DNA of 64,000 bases. Source: Lingula anatina (lineage: Eukaryota; Animalia; Brachiopoda). This document shows, piece by piece, positions 1-11,196 of the stretch (its first letter is position 1; the number at the start of each line of letters is the position of its first letter). A program made the position numbers and the translations under genes. The notes below the pieces were generated by a model, which worked only from the letters and a program-made list of their open reading frames with translations, had not been told where the DNA came from and made no database searches. The DNA lies in NCBI GenBank assembly GCA_051362555.1, contig CM120640.1:1612001-1676000 (forward strand), written 5' to 3'.

Positions 1-94
1 AACACTATTTCTAACAATTTACAGCTGTGAAGTGATCATTTGTAAAAAAAAGCACATGGAAATGGGGGTGGGGCAACCTTTTTGACCAATGTTG
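1..94. mobile_element. Terminal fragment of a Tc1/mariner-type element (same family as 26941-28456)
   Basis: Ends caacctttttgaccaatgttg|TA; about 75 bp are similar to 28385-28456. Confidence 0.55.
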
Positions 95-1231
95 TAGAAA
101 TACCAGCTTCTTTGGATTATTTCCCAATATTTGCACATATATTTCCTACTTAATTGCTGTTCTCTACGTCAAATTTACCACCAGAACATTGAAGAAGGTG
201 CAGTTTAAAGCGTTTTTTCTGCTTCCCAAGGGACTTTTGTTATTTATTTATTATTATTATTTTTTGGTGGGGGGGGGGGGGCATGTTGATTTTATTTGTG
301 CTGTGTATAAAACTGGTGCTGATAACTTAATGGTAGACGTTAGATCCTACAAAGTAAGTTTTCTCGCTTCACATGTTTTTAAGTCATGTTATAATTAAGT
401 CATAATGATGCATCAATCATCGTCAGGGATTTTCATCAGAACAGAAGGACTAGGGACCGAAAGCCTGGATAGGATATTACATCTCTTTAGTAGATGTACA
501 TAGATGCGGCATTATGATAACTTCTTTATTTCTTAAAAAATCTATACAGTGATTTAATATAAGGCTTCATATATGTCCTTAATAACAAACTGACGAAGGC
601 AAAGACCTAGCCTCTTTGGTAGAGGTAATGATGGTTAGATATTTAAGTACTGGTATATGCACAAAATGAAAGAAAATGAAATTATAAAAAAGATTAAAAG
701 AGAACGAGAAGCAAAAGATTGGAGCTACATGCATCAGTGAAGACCTAAAGAATGTACTTCAGTCCCACCACGTCTGGGCCAGTGCACCAAACACGAAATA
801 AAGTCATTAATCAAAGTGCCCTCCGGCTAACCCTAAATACCTGGCAATATCCTTCAAGGCCCGTCGCGTCTCCCCCGTAATAAGCCTACTGGTAGTTAAG
901 TGTAATTTTTCCAAGTTGTGTACCAAACCGGTATTTAGGCCTACTTGCTCCAAGGTTTCACCTTTCACATAATCTGCTTTTTATTTTAAAAAATCTTGAA
1001 AAAAGTCATCAGTGCTGTTTTGGACATGCTTGCTCGCAAACAACAATTCTCTTTTTATTGGGTAAATGGTTCTGCTGGTAAAGTATAGATATAAAGTGTA
1101 TCCTTTGATCAACTCACACCCGAACCCCTAAATCATGTTGTCAGTTAATGATAACGGTACCTCTAAAGTGCTCGAATTTCAAACCAATATTAAATATACC
1201 TGGCATTGTGTTGCATGGGGCCGTGCGATCC

Positions 1232-1234
<3 letters not shown>

Positions 1235-1281
<47 letters not shown>
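1235..1281. repeat. (TA)n microsatellite
   Basis: Direct reading. Confidence 0.95.
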
Positions 1282-1283
<2 letters not shown>

Positions 1284-4200
1284 GCGTTGTCAGAACATGG
1301 CGGTGCGCAACATTTGATCTACACTTTAAAGCGGCCGGTGTCACGAAACTGAGGTTCCGTATAATAAAAAGTATGCCCTCCATATAGTTATAATGGTTAG
1401 GGTTAGGGCGAGGCTTACCTGTACAAATGAACAGGAAGCTGAGTCTCTAGCATGAGAGACTCGCTGTCACGTTACGCAGGATATATGAGTGATATAGTCT
1501 AATCGCCATGCAAGTGCTATTTATGTTCAGACGTCTTCGACGACGACGACGACGACGATATCCAATGACCCATTGACAAATCAACAAGATGAGGACCGTT
1601 GAAGGTCTGTTATGTGACAGACAAGTACAGTATATTGTCCAAGTTAGCAGGTGGATCAACTGTAGCGTTTAGAGCACAGCTTTAAATCTTATCCCAAAGC
1701 TTTGCACATGGAAATATAAACATGTAGCCATTGCATGGGTTGGGGTGTTTCTTTGTAATTGTTTTAAACTACCACACGGATCATGCAGAAAAAACTGAAC
1801 TAACAACCGTCCTTGTCGTGGGAGCAACATGATTGTAAGAAGGCTCGCTAGGAAAGCAGAAGTATTGTTTAAAACTTCATGTCGTTTTATTTTACGTTTT
1901 CAATTTACTGGAAACTGAAGTTCAACAACAACCGAAGTAAACAAATCAGACACATCAACCGCTGGATTATTAAATTTTCCTGTTCACTTCTGACAATTTC
2001 TCCATAAAAATCAAATTACAAGGTTTTGATGTGGATCCACATACCAAGCCTTGATTGACAATAAAATGGAAAAAGACGTGGAACAAGAAGACGTGTTCAG
2101 ACAATGGGGTGCAAGTACTGGGACTTTAAGCAGGAGGATCATTTGGGCCAGTGCTAGTATGCGAAACAAATACGAAAAAAGTTTAGAAGAGGGGCAAATT
2201 GATTTGGAAACAAGTAAAATTCTATTTCTGGGAGATTCTGGTGTAGGAAAGACATCCCTGCAACGCTATTTCAGAGAAAAGAGATTCTTAAAAAATTGCA
2301 ATAGTACTCGAGGAAATGAAAAACACCACGTGGAAACTGCCGCTGTAACGGATACTTGGGAAGATGTTAAGGATCCTGAAAACGAACAGCAATATGCAGC
2401 TAGTTACGCAGCAGTAAAAATGACCGATAATTCTGCTTCTCAAGCAGTTGATCACGGATCATCGTTTGATCAACATTTTAAACTTGTATTTGGATTGCTT
2501 TGCGTGTGCGTTGCTTTTGCTTTCTTTCCCATTGGGATATGTTCATTGAAAATCATAGGATGCCTCTTTTCTACGCTATTTTTTTCTGGCAACCTGCCCA
2601 TGGGTATAAGATATGGCGAAGGCACAGCTCTCAGTGTATTTTACAGATATGCCTGTATCGAAATCCTATACGTTGACATCAATATGCAACAGAGAATAGA
2701 CAACCCAGACTTGTTATTGGAATTCCAACTTGCTGTTCTTTGTTGCGGGTTGGTGGTAGGGTTTGTGTTAGGATTTGGGTGTAGGGCAGGAACCTCATTG
2801 GTTTTCAGCTTTGTCTGCCTCAAAAGCCAAGGTAGTATTCTTGGATTTTTCTCAATTGTTTTTGATATGCTCTGTGAATGGTGCCTTGACTTTAAACATG
2901 CACCAACTGTATTCCTGATTGTTTGCCTTACTTTGTTTTCATGCCATGCGTTTCGTGCCAAATTGTACCAAGAGAAACGAAACATCAAGCAAATAATAAT
3001 GAACGTTTGTTTCCAAGTCATTGTTTCAAACATTGGGATTGCCCTCTTATACCAGTTTATTACAAAAGGAATATATGTAAAGATGGACAGCCACGAGCGA
3101 GTGGTACTTGCCATTTTAACGTGGACAGGGGCTGCTGTTGGCGTCTACATATGCAAAAACACGTCACCAAACCTGCTGCGGAGACGCTTTTACATTGGGT
3201 TGCCCGTTTACGTAATAGCAATAACCGCGTGCTCATATGTTTTCCATCGTCTTATATTATGGCAAATGGAAAAGAAATTAAATCATTATCTCATTATCTT
3301 CTTGGCTTGTTCTTCAAGTGCTATGCTAGAATACACAGCAATGATGGTTATTGGCCGGTCTCTGGCAAAAGTTTACGATATACCTTTCTATACACGAAGA
3401 GCACTTGGGTTTATTCTAGGTGTCGCAATGATATATTTAATGGACTGGACGGTCGCTATTCCTCCTGGAGAATTTATTTTAGATCAGTTGTTGTCTGTTG
3501 GTATTGTTCTTGCATTCGAGATTTGGGGCTTTTGGCAGGTGAAACAAGCAATGACAACGGGTATTGATTTAACCAAAATTAGACTGGCAAAATCAAGATA
3601 TGAGAATGGAGTTTCAGGCATGCGTATTAGGTTTGTGTTAATTGACTGTGGAGGGCAAGAAGAATATCATTATTTCCATCATTTATTCATACCAAAGGAC
3701 GCTGTATACATCATTGTATTTAATTTTGAAGAAGCAAAAAGACTCATAGATAGCAACAAACTCCGCACACAATCAAGACAGCTTCGCTATTGGTTGAACT
3801 GCGTGTTGGCACATATATGTTTGCCTGATGACGAAAATTACAAAAATCACAGGCCTATCTTCATTGTTGGAACACACAGGGACAGTGTTGATAAGGAGGT
3901 CAGACAAACGATTTCTCAGGAATTGACACATTTTTTTGAAAGAGAGGGTATCGACAAATACATTTCCTGGAATGAGGGTACCTTGATATTTGAAGTAGAA
4001 AATTCGGGACAGTGCAAGAGGGACGCAGGGGGAAAGCACCTCAGAAAGCAAGTGGCGGGAATCGCAGTTTTAAGGAAACAAAAAACCGAGATCAAATGGC
4101 TTAAATTTTCGAAAATGATGCCAGAGTTATCTCCAATAATAAAGATAACAGATCTGGCAGATGTTGTCATTAAGAATGGCATCGTTAAAACTGAAGATGA

Positions 4201-5135
4201 ATTTGAACATTTTGTAAAATACTTCATCGAGAGGGGCGAAATTCATTGTTGCAACAGTGATAGTAGCGATTGCCAAACGCAGTTTGTCGTCTTGCGTCAT
4301 GGGCAGTCCTGGTTTGTTGACTTATTTTTGGAAATTCTAAATATGATAGAAAGAAAAGAAAAGAAGATAGGCATCTTAAATGAAAATACCTTATATCAGG
4401 CGATAGACTGCAGAACTGAGATCCTTTCTGAGTGCCAATTTATGACGCTTGAAGAAGCGAAACATTTAAAACACATTTGCCGAAGACTTCTTGAAGAAAG
4501 TAACTTAATCGTTAAGGTCCCTGGCAGCCCGTGCTATCTCGTGCAATTTCAGTTGAAACACGCTAGCCAAGAAGATAGAGATGATCTTTGGAAATTTTTT
4601 CCAGGAAGAGAAATTACGTTTGGTTTAGACTTTGAAGAATTTGAACCCAATCCAATTTTCTGGAGGCTTACTTCTACTCTGCTAAAAATGAGCGCAGATA
4701 TTAACTTCAAGGAAAAGAACTTTCGGCAAACTGTGTTCTCTGATTTTGCCGTCTTTACAGAGCCATCCACAGGAATCAAGTACAAATGAAATCCATTATT
4801 ACACAAAACGTGATTTTATTTACTACAGGTGCAGACCCTTATTTATCCGCAGGTGCCATAGAACAACAAACTTTTCAGGTATTTGCCAATCTTCAGAAAC
4901 AATTGAGTTATTTATGCAAGACATCTTTCCCTGGGCAAAAATATTCCGTGGGACTAGTCTGTCAGCTACAAGACGAACACACTTGTCTGTGGGAAGAAAA
5001 GGTGAGCAAGTTCTCTCACTTGTATTAAGAATTGATGGTCTATAACTGAAGAAACAATTCATATATTTAATTGAGAAATCAAACGATTGGCTTTCCAAAA
5101 AAAAAATATGACCAAGTGCCATTGACAAAGTTATA

Positions 5136-6675
5136 CAGACTTGACATTTAATATGGAATATTTTTTCCAAATCATAATTAATCAGTTTTTTTCCTATTTT
5201 GCTGACTGATAAATGAAAATAGGATTAAAATCGTGTTTTAAAAACTTTTGATTATCTGTTCGATGTTATTGTGACATGAGTCCATTAATTGAATTCGACA
5301 GTGAAGCAAACAAAAATACATTGCCTATTTTAAGTCATACGACAACCATTGAAAGCGATATTTGGATCTCCATATTTTCCAAATTATCGTCTTTAAAAGA
5401 GTTACACGCCCCACAAAGGCCCCTCATGTACGTGTCTAGTCACAGCAATGGTCGCTGTTACACCGGACCTCATCTTGCTGCTACCAGAGCTTTCAAGCGA
5501 CAAGGCATTCCTTAGAATGTTTTTTTTAGAGTTTAATCTGGAATAAAATTCCAGGCAACGGTTAAGACTTGGCCAGTTTGGTTCAGTTTTGTTGTACATG
5601 TAGGACATGCAGGCCGTTGATACAGCGAGTAATAACCTATCCACATATTGTCTATGTGGTTCAAATATGGCGATTTTGATGACCAAGGTAGCTGCTCATT
5701 CCCTTGGTTCTGTAAGTTATCTGCTATTGAAAGTGCTCTGTGTGAACCGGCAATCTCATCGTCCAACCTAAAATTGTTCCTAAGGTGCCCCCTATTAAAT
5801 GATGGTCAAGTGGTTCCCAGAGTATTCCTCTATTTGATCTGGTTCAGGTTTTCATCGATGACTGCCATTAGTGTTTTGGCACCAATGTGGTATCCACTCA
5901 ACTAATGATGCTTCCAATGACCCTAGTCACTTAAAAAGTGGCACACGTCTTGTCGTAGGCCTCTTCAGGATGTCTGTAAACTCTGTTTTGACCATTTTAG
6001 CGGTACGGGTGAAATCTGACTTCAATAAAGAAAGCCACGCGATTTCAGTGTTCTACCCAGAAACGGTCGCGTTTTGGTGACTATTTGCCCCTCATTCAAA
6101 ACGGACTGGGTGGTTTTGGTTTAATTGCAGCAGCATATCCTGAAGGACAGTGAGTCCTGTAACCTGGTGGTAAGATGTCGATACATTGGGCGTGGTCTCT
6201 GAGTAGGTGCATCAGTCTGGGCATAACCCTATAAAACTGTGCAGACCATTCCGATTGACACAATAATCTGTCTGGCAATGTCTGTCTTTTTCGCGCCATT
6301 CTGGCACAGCTTAACAATTTTAAAAAACACTGCTTAATTCATTTTACGCACTGCAAAACAGACCGTTTGCATGCAAAATTTCAAATTCTTCGATACAGTA
6401 GTTGCCGACATATGGATACTCTTTTGACAGAACCATGCTTCATCAAAGCCAAGCTTTGACCAGCCCAAAGGAGCACCAGCCAATTAAATCACTGCATATT
6501 ACACAATGCAGCAGTGCAACAGACTTGGTAGTCAGTTAACTTGTAGCGACACACCTGACTTCATACTTCTCCAGTCAGGTATCTTATGTGAGATCTGAGT
6601 TTTTTGAAAAAAGAAAGCATTATTACCTAGGTATACCTTTAAAACTGAAATATTCCATATTAAATGTCAAGTCTG
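5136..6675 (-). mobile_element. Degenerate Tc1/mariner element in intron 1 of paralog 1
   Basis: 28-bp perfect TIR cagacttgacatttaatatggaatattt with TA on both sides. Relic LPWSSKSPYLNHIDNMW resembles the Tc1 motif WPxxSPDLNPIENxW. Paralog 2 and 4 introns show the empty site gttaTAgattaaa. Confidence 0.9.
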
Positions 6676-7069
6676 TAGATTAAACATCAATCGCAATCGG
6701 CGCGGGGGTGGGGGTGGGGGGAGTTTGGTGTGTTTTGACAATTGTATAATCTTTAAAATGCTTTAAATTCACCGTCTGTCAATGAAATAGAAAATTTAAT
6801 TACATGTACGAAAATGTAGTTATAAATTTGTAGATGCTTTTCAATATTACATTGCTTAAATAATAGGATATAAATCTAACAAATCTTCGCCACGCAGATA
6901 ATACATTACGACTGACCAGGTAGCTGGTATGTGTTTTCACTCTGTTGCTTCTCGTCTCTCGCACTCATCTTACTATCTGATGACAGCAGTTTAGACAACC
7001 TGTATTTTATAGGGCAAGAATCCATGTATTCAAGCACACTGCGCCCTAAATGTCACCCACCTTCAACCC

Positions 7070-7218
7070 GGGCCCCGTAACTCGAAAGCATCGCGCATTG
7101 CGACCGAGCGCAAGCGTCTCGGTTCCATAACTCGCCCATACTCGTCCCATATAATACATTGTAGCCTCTATGTGATATCTCTATTCGCAACACGCGATGC
7201 TTTCGAGTTACGGGGCCC
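7070..7218. mobile_element. ~150-bp MITE
   Basis: 26-bp perfect inverted termini gggccccgtaactcgaaagcatcgcg. Confidence 0.75.
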
Positions 7219-8036
7219 CGATGTTTTCCAGAGTTTCATTATATGAATTCAGCTTTTGATGCTTTTCTTTTAGTATGAAAAAATAAGAAAAATTAATAAG
7301 ACAACATGCGCTTTCAGTTCAGTTGTTTTATCTGTAGGGTCACGTTCATATGTACCATCTGGGAGACAACAAATCTGGGCTCGAGTTATTTGATAATATT
7401 CCCAAGGGAATATCTGCTGTTTGTAAGTGTGGCGCTGCCCCAATGATGAAGATCTACCTGCACTCTGGCAAGGTAAGCAATGGGCATAATATTGTTGCAG
7501 CATAACTACTAAGTAGAAAAGTTCACAGACTTAAATGTGAAATTCAACATGATCGCGGAGTTTGATGGTTGTAAAACTAAAACAGAAGCACTTGCGTTTT
7601 TTTTTTTTTTTCAAAAATAAATCGTCGAAAGAAGATGAGAGAAAGAGGGGGGCTTTACAACTGTCATATTTTTGCTTTATATTAAACTTAAACTAAATTC
7701 ACATTTTATGGCTACGATAGTTTTAAACACATCAGGATTGATTATTACCTCTTTACAAAGTGTTACTGTCAGTTTGAATGAAATATTTCATATTTCTAAT
7801 TATTTTGCTTAAATTATTCAATATTAAGACAACTGCCTTGCCTTTTGTAATCAAATTCAAGGTTTGTAATTTTGTAGTTAACATAAAACAAAACAAAAAT
7901 GCAAGGTGTTTATCATACAATGGATGTTGGTCTGCAGTGCCCTCCATACATTTGTGGGGCGATTCAGAATAGGAGATCCGAGTATTAACTGATCTAAGGA
8001 TCAAATATGGCGGACCCTAAATGAAAGGTCTCCTGT

Positions 8037-8153
8037 AATGGTCTCTCCGCCTATCACACGCCTCCCCACACGTCGTCCCTGCAGGGGCACAGTGATTAAA
8101 TATCGGCTACATTCGACCAGACGCGTGGGGAGGCACGTGAGAGGCGGAGAGAC

Positions 8154-8183
<30 letters not shown>
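8037..8183. repeat. Hairpin with ~38-bp arms followed by an (ATT)n tract
   Basis: aatggtctctccgcc...ggcggagagaccatt, then ATT repeats. Confidence 0.7.
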
Positions 8184-8184
<1 letters not shown>

Positions 8185-8499
8185 TTTACCAAATTTGCAA
8201 CCCGATGTTTGGATAATTGCTATCATTGCATAGTAGTTGAATAAAAGTAAAGGGATATCAAAAGATATATATATATAAATTGAAACAAAATAACTAAAAT
8301 GCAAGGTTAAAATGAAATAAAAGTCTATCGGTTGATTTTGAAACTTGTATATCGCACGGGTTAAAAAGTCACTCAGGATTACAGGATAAAGTGGTTTTCC
8401 TTTTCATGTAGAATTCGTCATCTTTGATCCTTGGATCAGTTGATACTAGGGCTTTCTTTTCTAAATGGTCCCCATGTCAATCAACTGGTTGTTACAATA

Positions 8500-8824
8500 T
8501 TATTACCTCCGTCAAGGAGGTTATGTTTTTATGTCTCCTCCAAACTTTCCTTTGGTTCGGTTAGTTTGTCTGTCTGGCTGTCTGTCTGTAAGCAACATTA
8601 CAGAAAAAGTTATGGACCGATTTTGATGAAATTTTCAGGAACTGTCAGAAGTGGGCCAAGGAACAGATGATTAGTTTTTGGTGGTAATCCGGATCAGTAA
8701 TCAATTAATAGTCAATAATAAAAAAAACTGAATCATTTTAATATGAAAATTTAGGGGTGAAACGGCATTGAGTGGAGACTGCTGCCTTGGCGGAGGTCTG
8801 CGCTTTCGGAGTGCTTTTCTAGTT
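8500..8824 (+). mobile_element. HINE/DINE-1-like non-autonomous Helentron derivative
   Basis: Subterminal IR acctccgtcaagg / ccttggcggaggt, GTCT microsatellite near the 5' end, short 3' stem and ctagtt end. Confidence 0.7.
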
Positions 8825-8847
8825 ATATTTTATAACCTTCATTTTAG

Positions 8848-9177
8848 GAACCTCAAGAAAAAAGGAGACAATTCGAAAATCTTAAAGCCAATTGGAGTCG
8901 CTTTGAAGATGACCTCAGCCCTTTACCTGTCTTGTCCTACCTTTTAGAAAATGATGTTCTGGATATAGATGGCGTGGATTTTATTCGGGATGCATGCAGT
9001 AGTTCACGGAAAGAGGGGTGTTACGAACTACTGAAGAGAGTGTATAAATGTTCTCCAGAAAGAAATCCAATACGTCACTTTTGCAGCGTTCTGCGTCAGA
9101 AAAATTTCTCACATCTTGCTGATCTGTTGGAGCCATCTCCAGGAACTGCAGATGACACGGTGGTGAAATTGCTTTGA
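8848..9177 (+). CDS. CARD-like exon 3 of paralog 1 (out of frame after the upstream deletion)
   Basis: LKANWSRFEDDL.PLPVLSYLLENDVL...CYELLKRVYK...HFCSVLRQKNFSHLADLL fits a six-helix CARD pattern. Confidence 0.7.
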   Translation, partial: EPQEKRRQFENLKANWSRFEDDLSPLPVLSYLLENDVLDIDGVDFIRDACSSSRKEGCYELLKRVYKCSPERNPIRHFCSVLRQKNFSHLADLLEPSPGTADDTVVKLL

Positions 9178-11196
9178 CAATATCAGTCAAAAGTGACCGT
9201 AAACCTGCAGAGGGTAAATGCACATTTCATTTGCCCTCATCATTCAAATGTCTTATTTGAGGAAAATGGCGAAATGTACACGAATTAGCCAAACCTAGGA
9301 CAAATTGTGCGGTCATCAACTGCTGTAGCGACCACGTTGTTATCGTCAACCAGTCTCAATAACAAAATCAGCGGCTCTTTGCTGAGCATTTCTATTTCCT
9401 TTAACTTTAAAAAAGTACATGTACTGCATTAAAAGGAAACAAAATTATAAACCAAACGTCACTATTTTCATCATGTATTACAATCCAATATACATGTATT
9501 TCTTCCAATATTAGCAGTCATGTTACATAAGATGTTATTTTGTGTGAAATATTTTGTATTGTTATTTTAATGCCTCTTAAATAAGTAGTTATGTTTAAAT
9601 CAATTTCACCTGATGAAAAGTCTGCGTCCGGAGGTTATGAGGAACACATTCATTAATCACAACTAACACATTGCTGACTGTTAGATGTGGAGTGTATGTT
9701 ACCAAAATAGAAGTCCTTTGTATAGTTGACTTCTTCAAGTGTCAAGTGTGCAGCATCGAGGCCATGATCCTACAGTAAACTCATTTTTAAGTCGATCCGA
9801 TGAGTTAGTTATTGTTCACTTGTTGATTTGTTACAAAGGCAGTAAGGCTGTCAATGTGTGATGTTCTTTGTCTTGTCTACTTCTTTTCCTGCAATTTCCC
9901 ATAGAGCACACATTTTTCTATCCCATCTTTTCTGGTATGGCCCAGAGACTTAATTTGTATTTTCTACTAATCTTAACCTGTCTTAATCATATGGGACCAC
10001 GTTTTTTTATTTTTATTTATTTTTTTACTACCATTCTTGGTACACCTTGTATGCGTCGGCCTACAAAAATGATGATCAGTATATGTGACCGGTGTCATCA
10101 ATACCTTAGTTGTGCAGCTGACTTTATTTTGGAACTTTTAAACTGTTTATACATCTATGTATTGGTAGGTGGGTATTTGCATAGTTAACATGACATAATA
10201 TATATGTGAATAAATAAAACAAAAGAAAATAATGTTATAAAGGATTTAAAGAGGAAGAAGTAGCAAAAAATAAATTGGGGCTATCTGTTGATTCTTCAAT
10301 GATCGGATTCAGTCCCACCGCCGAAAGGCCGCTACACAGAGACCAAAAAATGAAATGAAAACATCTAAAAAGCAGTTCCCTCCAACAAACTCCTACATAG
10401 CCCTAGTCAATTCTCACCAGGACAATTAAGAAAACACATCTTTTAGCGGTGTAGTATATCCACGTTTTCTGCCACAGGTCTTTGTGGCAGTGTGAATAGG
10501 AAAACTGTTTGCACGACCCAGTTACAGTGTTGTGAATCACATTTGAACAGGTAGGAAGCGTAAACAGAAAAATGGCGTCCCACATTAGACTGGAAAGTGT
10601 TATTCTTTTTCAGAAAGTTAGCAACATTGATCCAGATTTTCAAGCCGCCTAAATAACGAGAGCGATAGCCAAAACATCGCTGTCATTTAATACTGTTCAT
10701 TTAAAGTTCACGTCTTCATCAACAATATTCGAGGACAAGTCGCCATTTAAACAAACAGCTGAGGTCAGTAATGGATCTTTGCATTCAGATCAGGATAGCT
10801 AAAACAGTGGATGAAACAGACACGTCTTGTGGTATGGTAGGAAGAATTGCCAGTAATAAACGGAACTGTTTAAGACTATTGTTTTTTAAACTTATCCCAA
10901 TATTTGCTGGATTCACAAAAATGTACATATGACAACTATTGAATGCCTCGTCGTTTTATCAGACTGGTTAAAACAACCCCACAGGTCATAAAAATCAATT
11001 TTTTAGCAAACAGTCGTCGTTGTTGTGGGAAAAAAACGCGGTTCTACGACAACCGTCCAGGAAAGAACTATATTTTTGTAAAAGTTAAACATTGTTTTAT
11101 TTTATGTCTTCAAACTAAACATATTACGAAAATCAAGTTACATTAATCGTTTGGTTCACGTTTGACAGCTTCACAATTCCGTAGTCATGTGCATCT

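Larger units (their letters stand above)
2066..9177 (+). pseudogene. Roc-TM-COR-CARD paralog 1, frameshifted; exons 2066-5001, 7338-7472, 8848-9177
   Basis: Motifs GDSGVGKTS, STRG, DCGGQEEY, VGTHRD and a COR-like region. Donor AAG|gtgagc at 5001; exon 2 bounded by tgtag and gtaagc; exon 3 after ttttag. A 7-nt deletion near 4785 relative to the paralogs gives TGA at 4787-4789. Confidence 0.8.

Noticed and set aside
1397-1408. TTAGGG telomeric motif
   Set aside because: Only two units; common inside repeats.
1135-1659. Short ORFs with YIYI or poly-Arg runs
   Set aside because: They are translations of (TA)n and (GAC)n microsatellites.
2066-4789. P-loop plus CARD read as an NLR/NACHT or NB-ARC ATPase
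   Set aside because: DxxGQ, THxD and COR-like motifs indicate a Ras-like Roc GTPase; no Walker B or NACHT motifs were seen.
2641-4806. Antisense and alternate-frame ORFs recurring in each paralog
   Set aside because: They are shadows of the conserved sense-strand gene, with variable lengths and no motifs.
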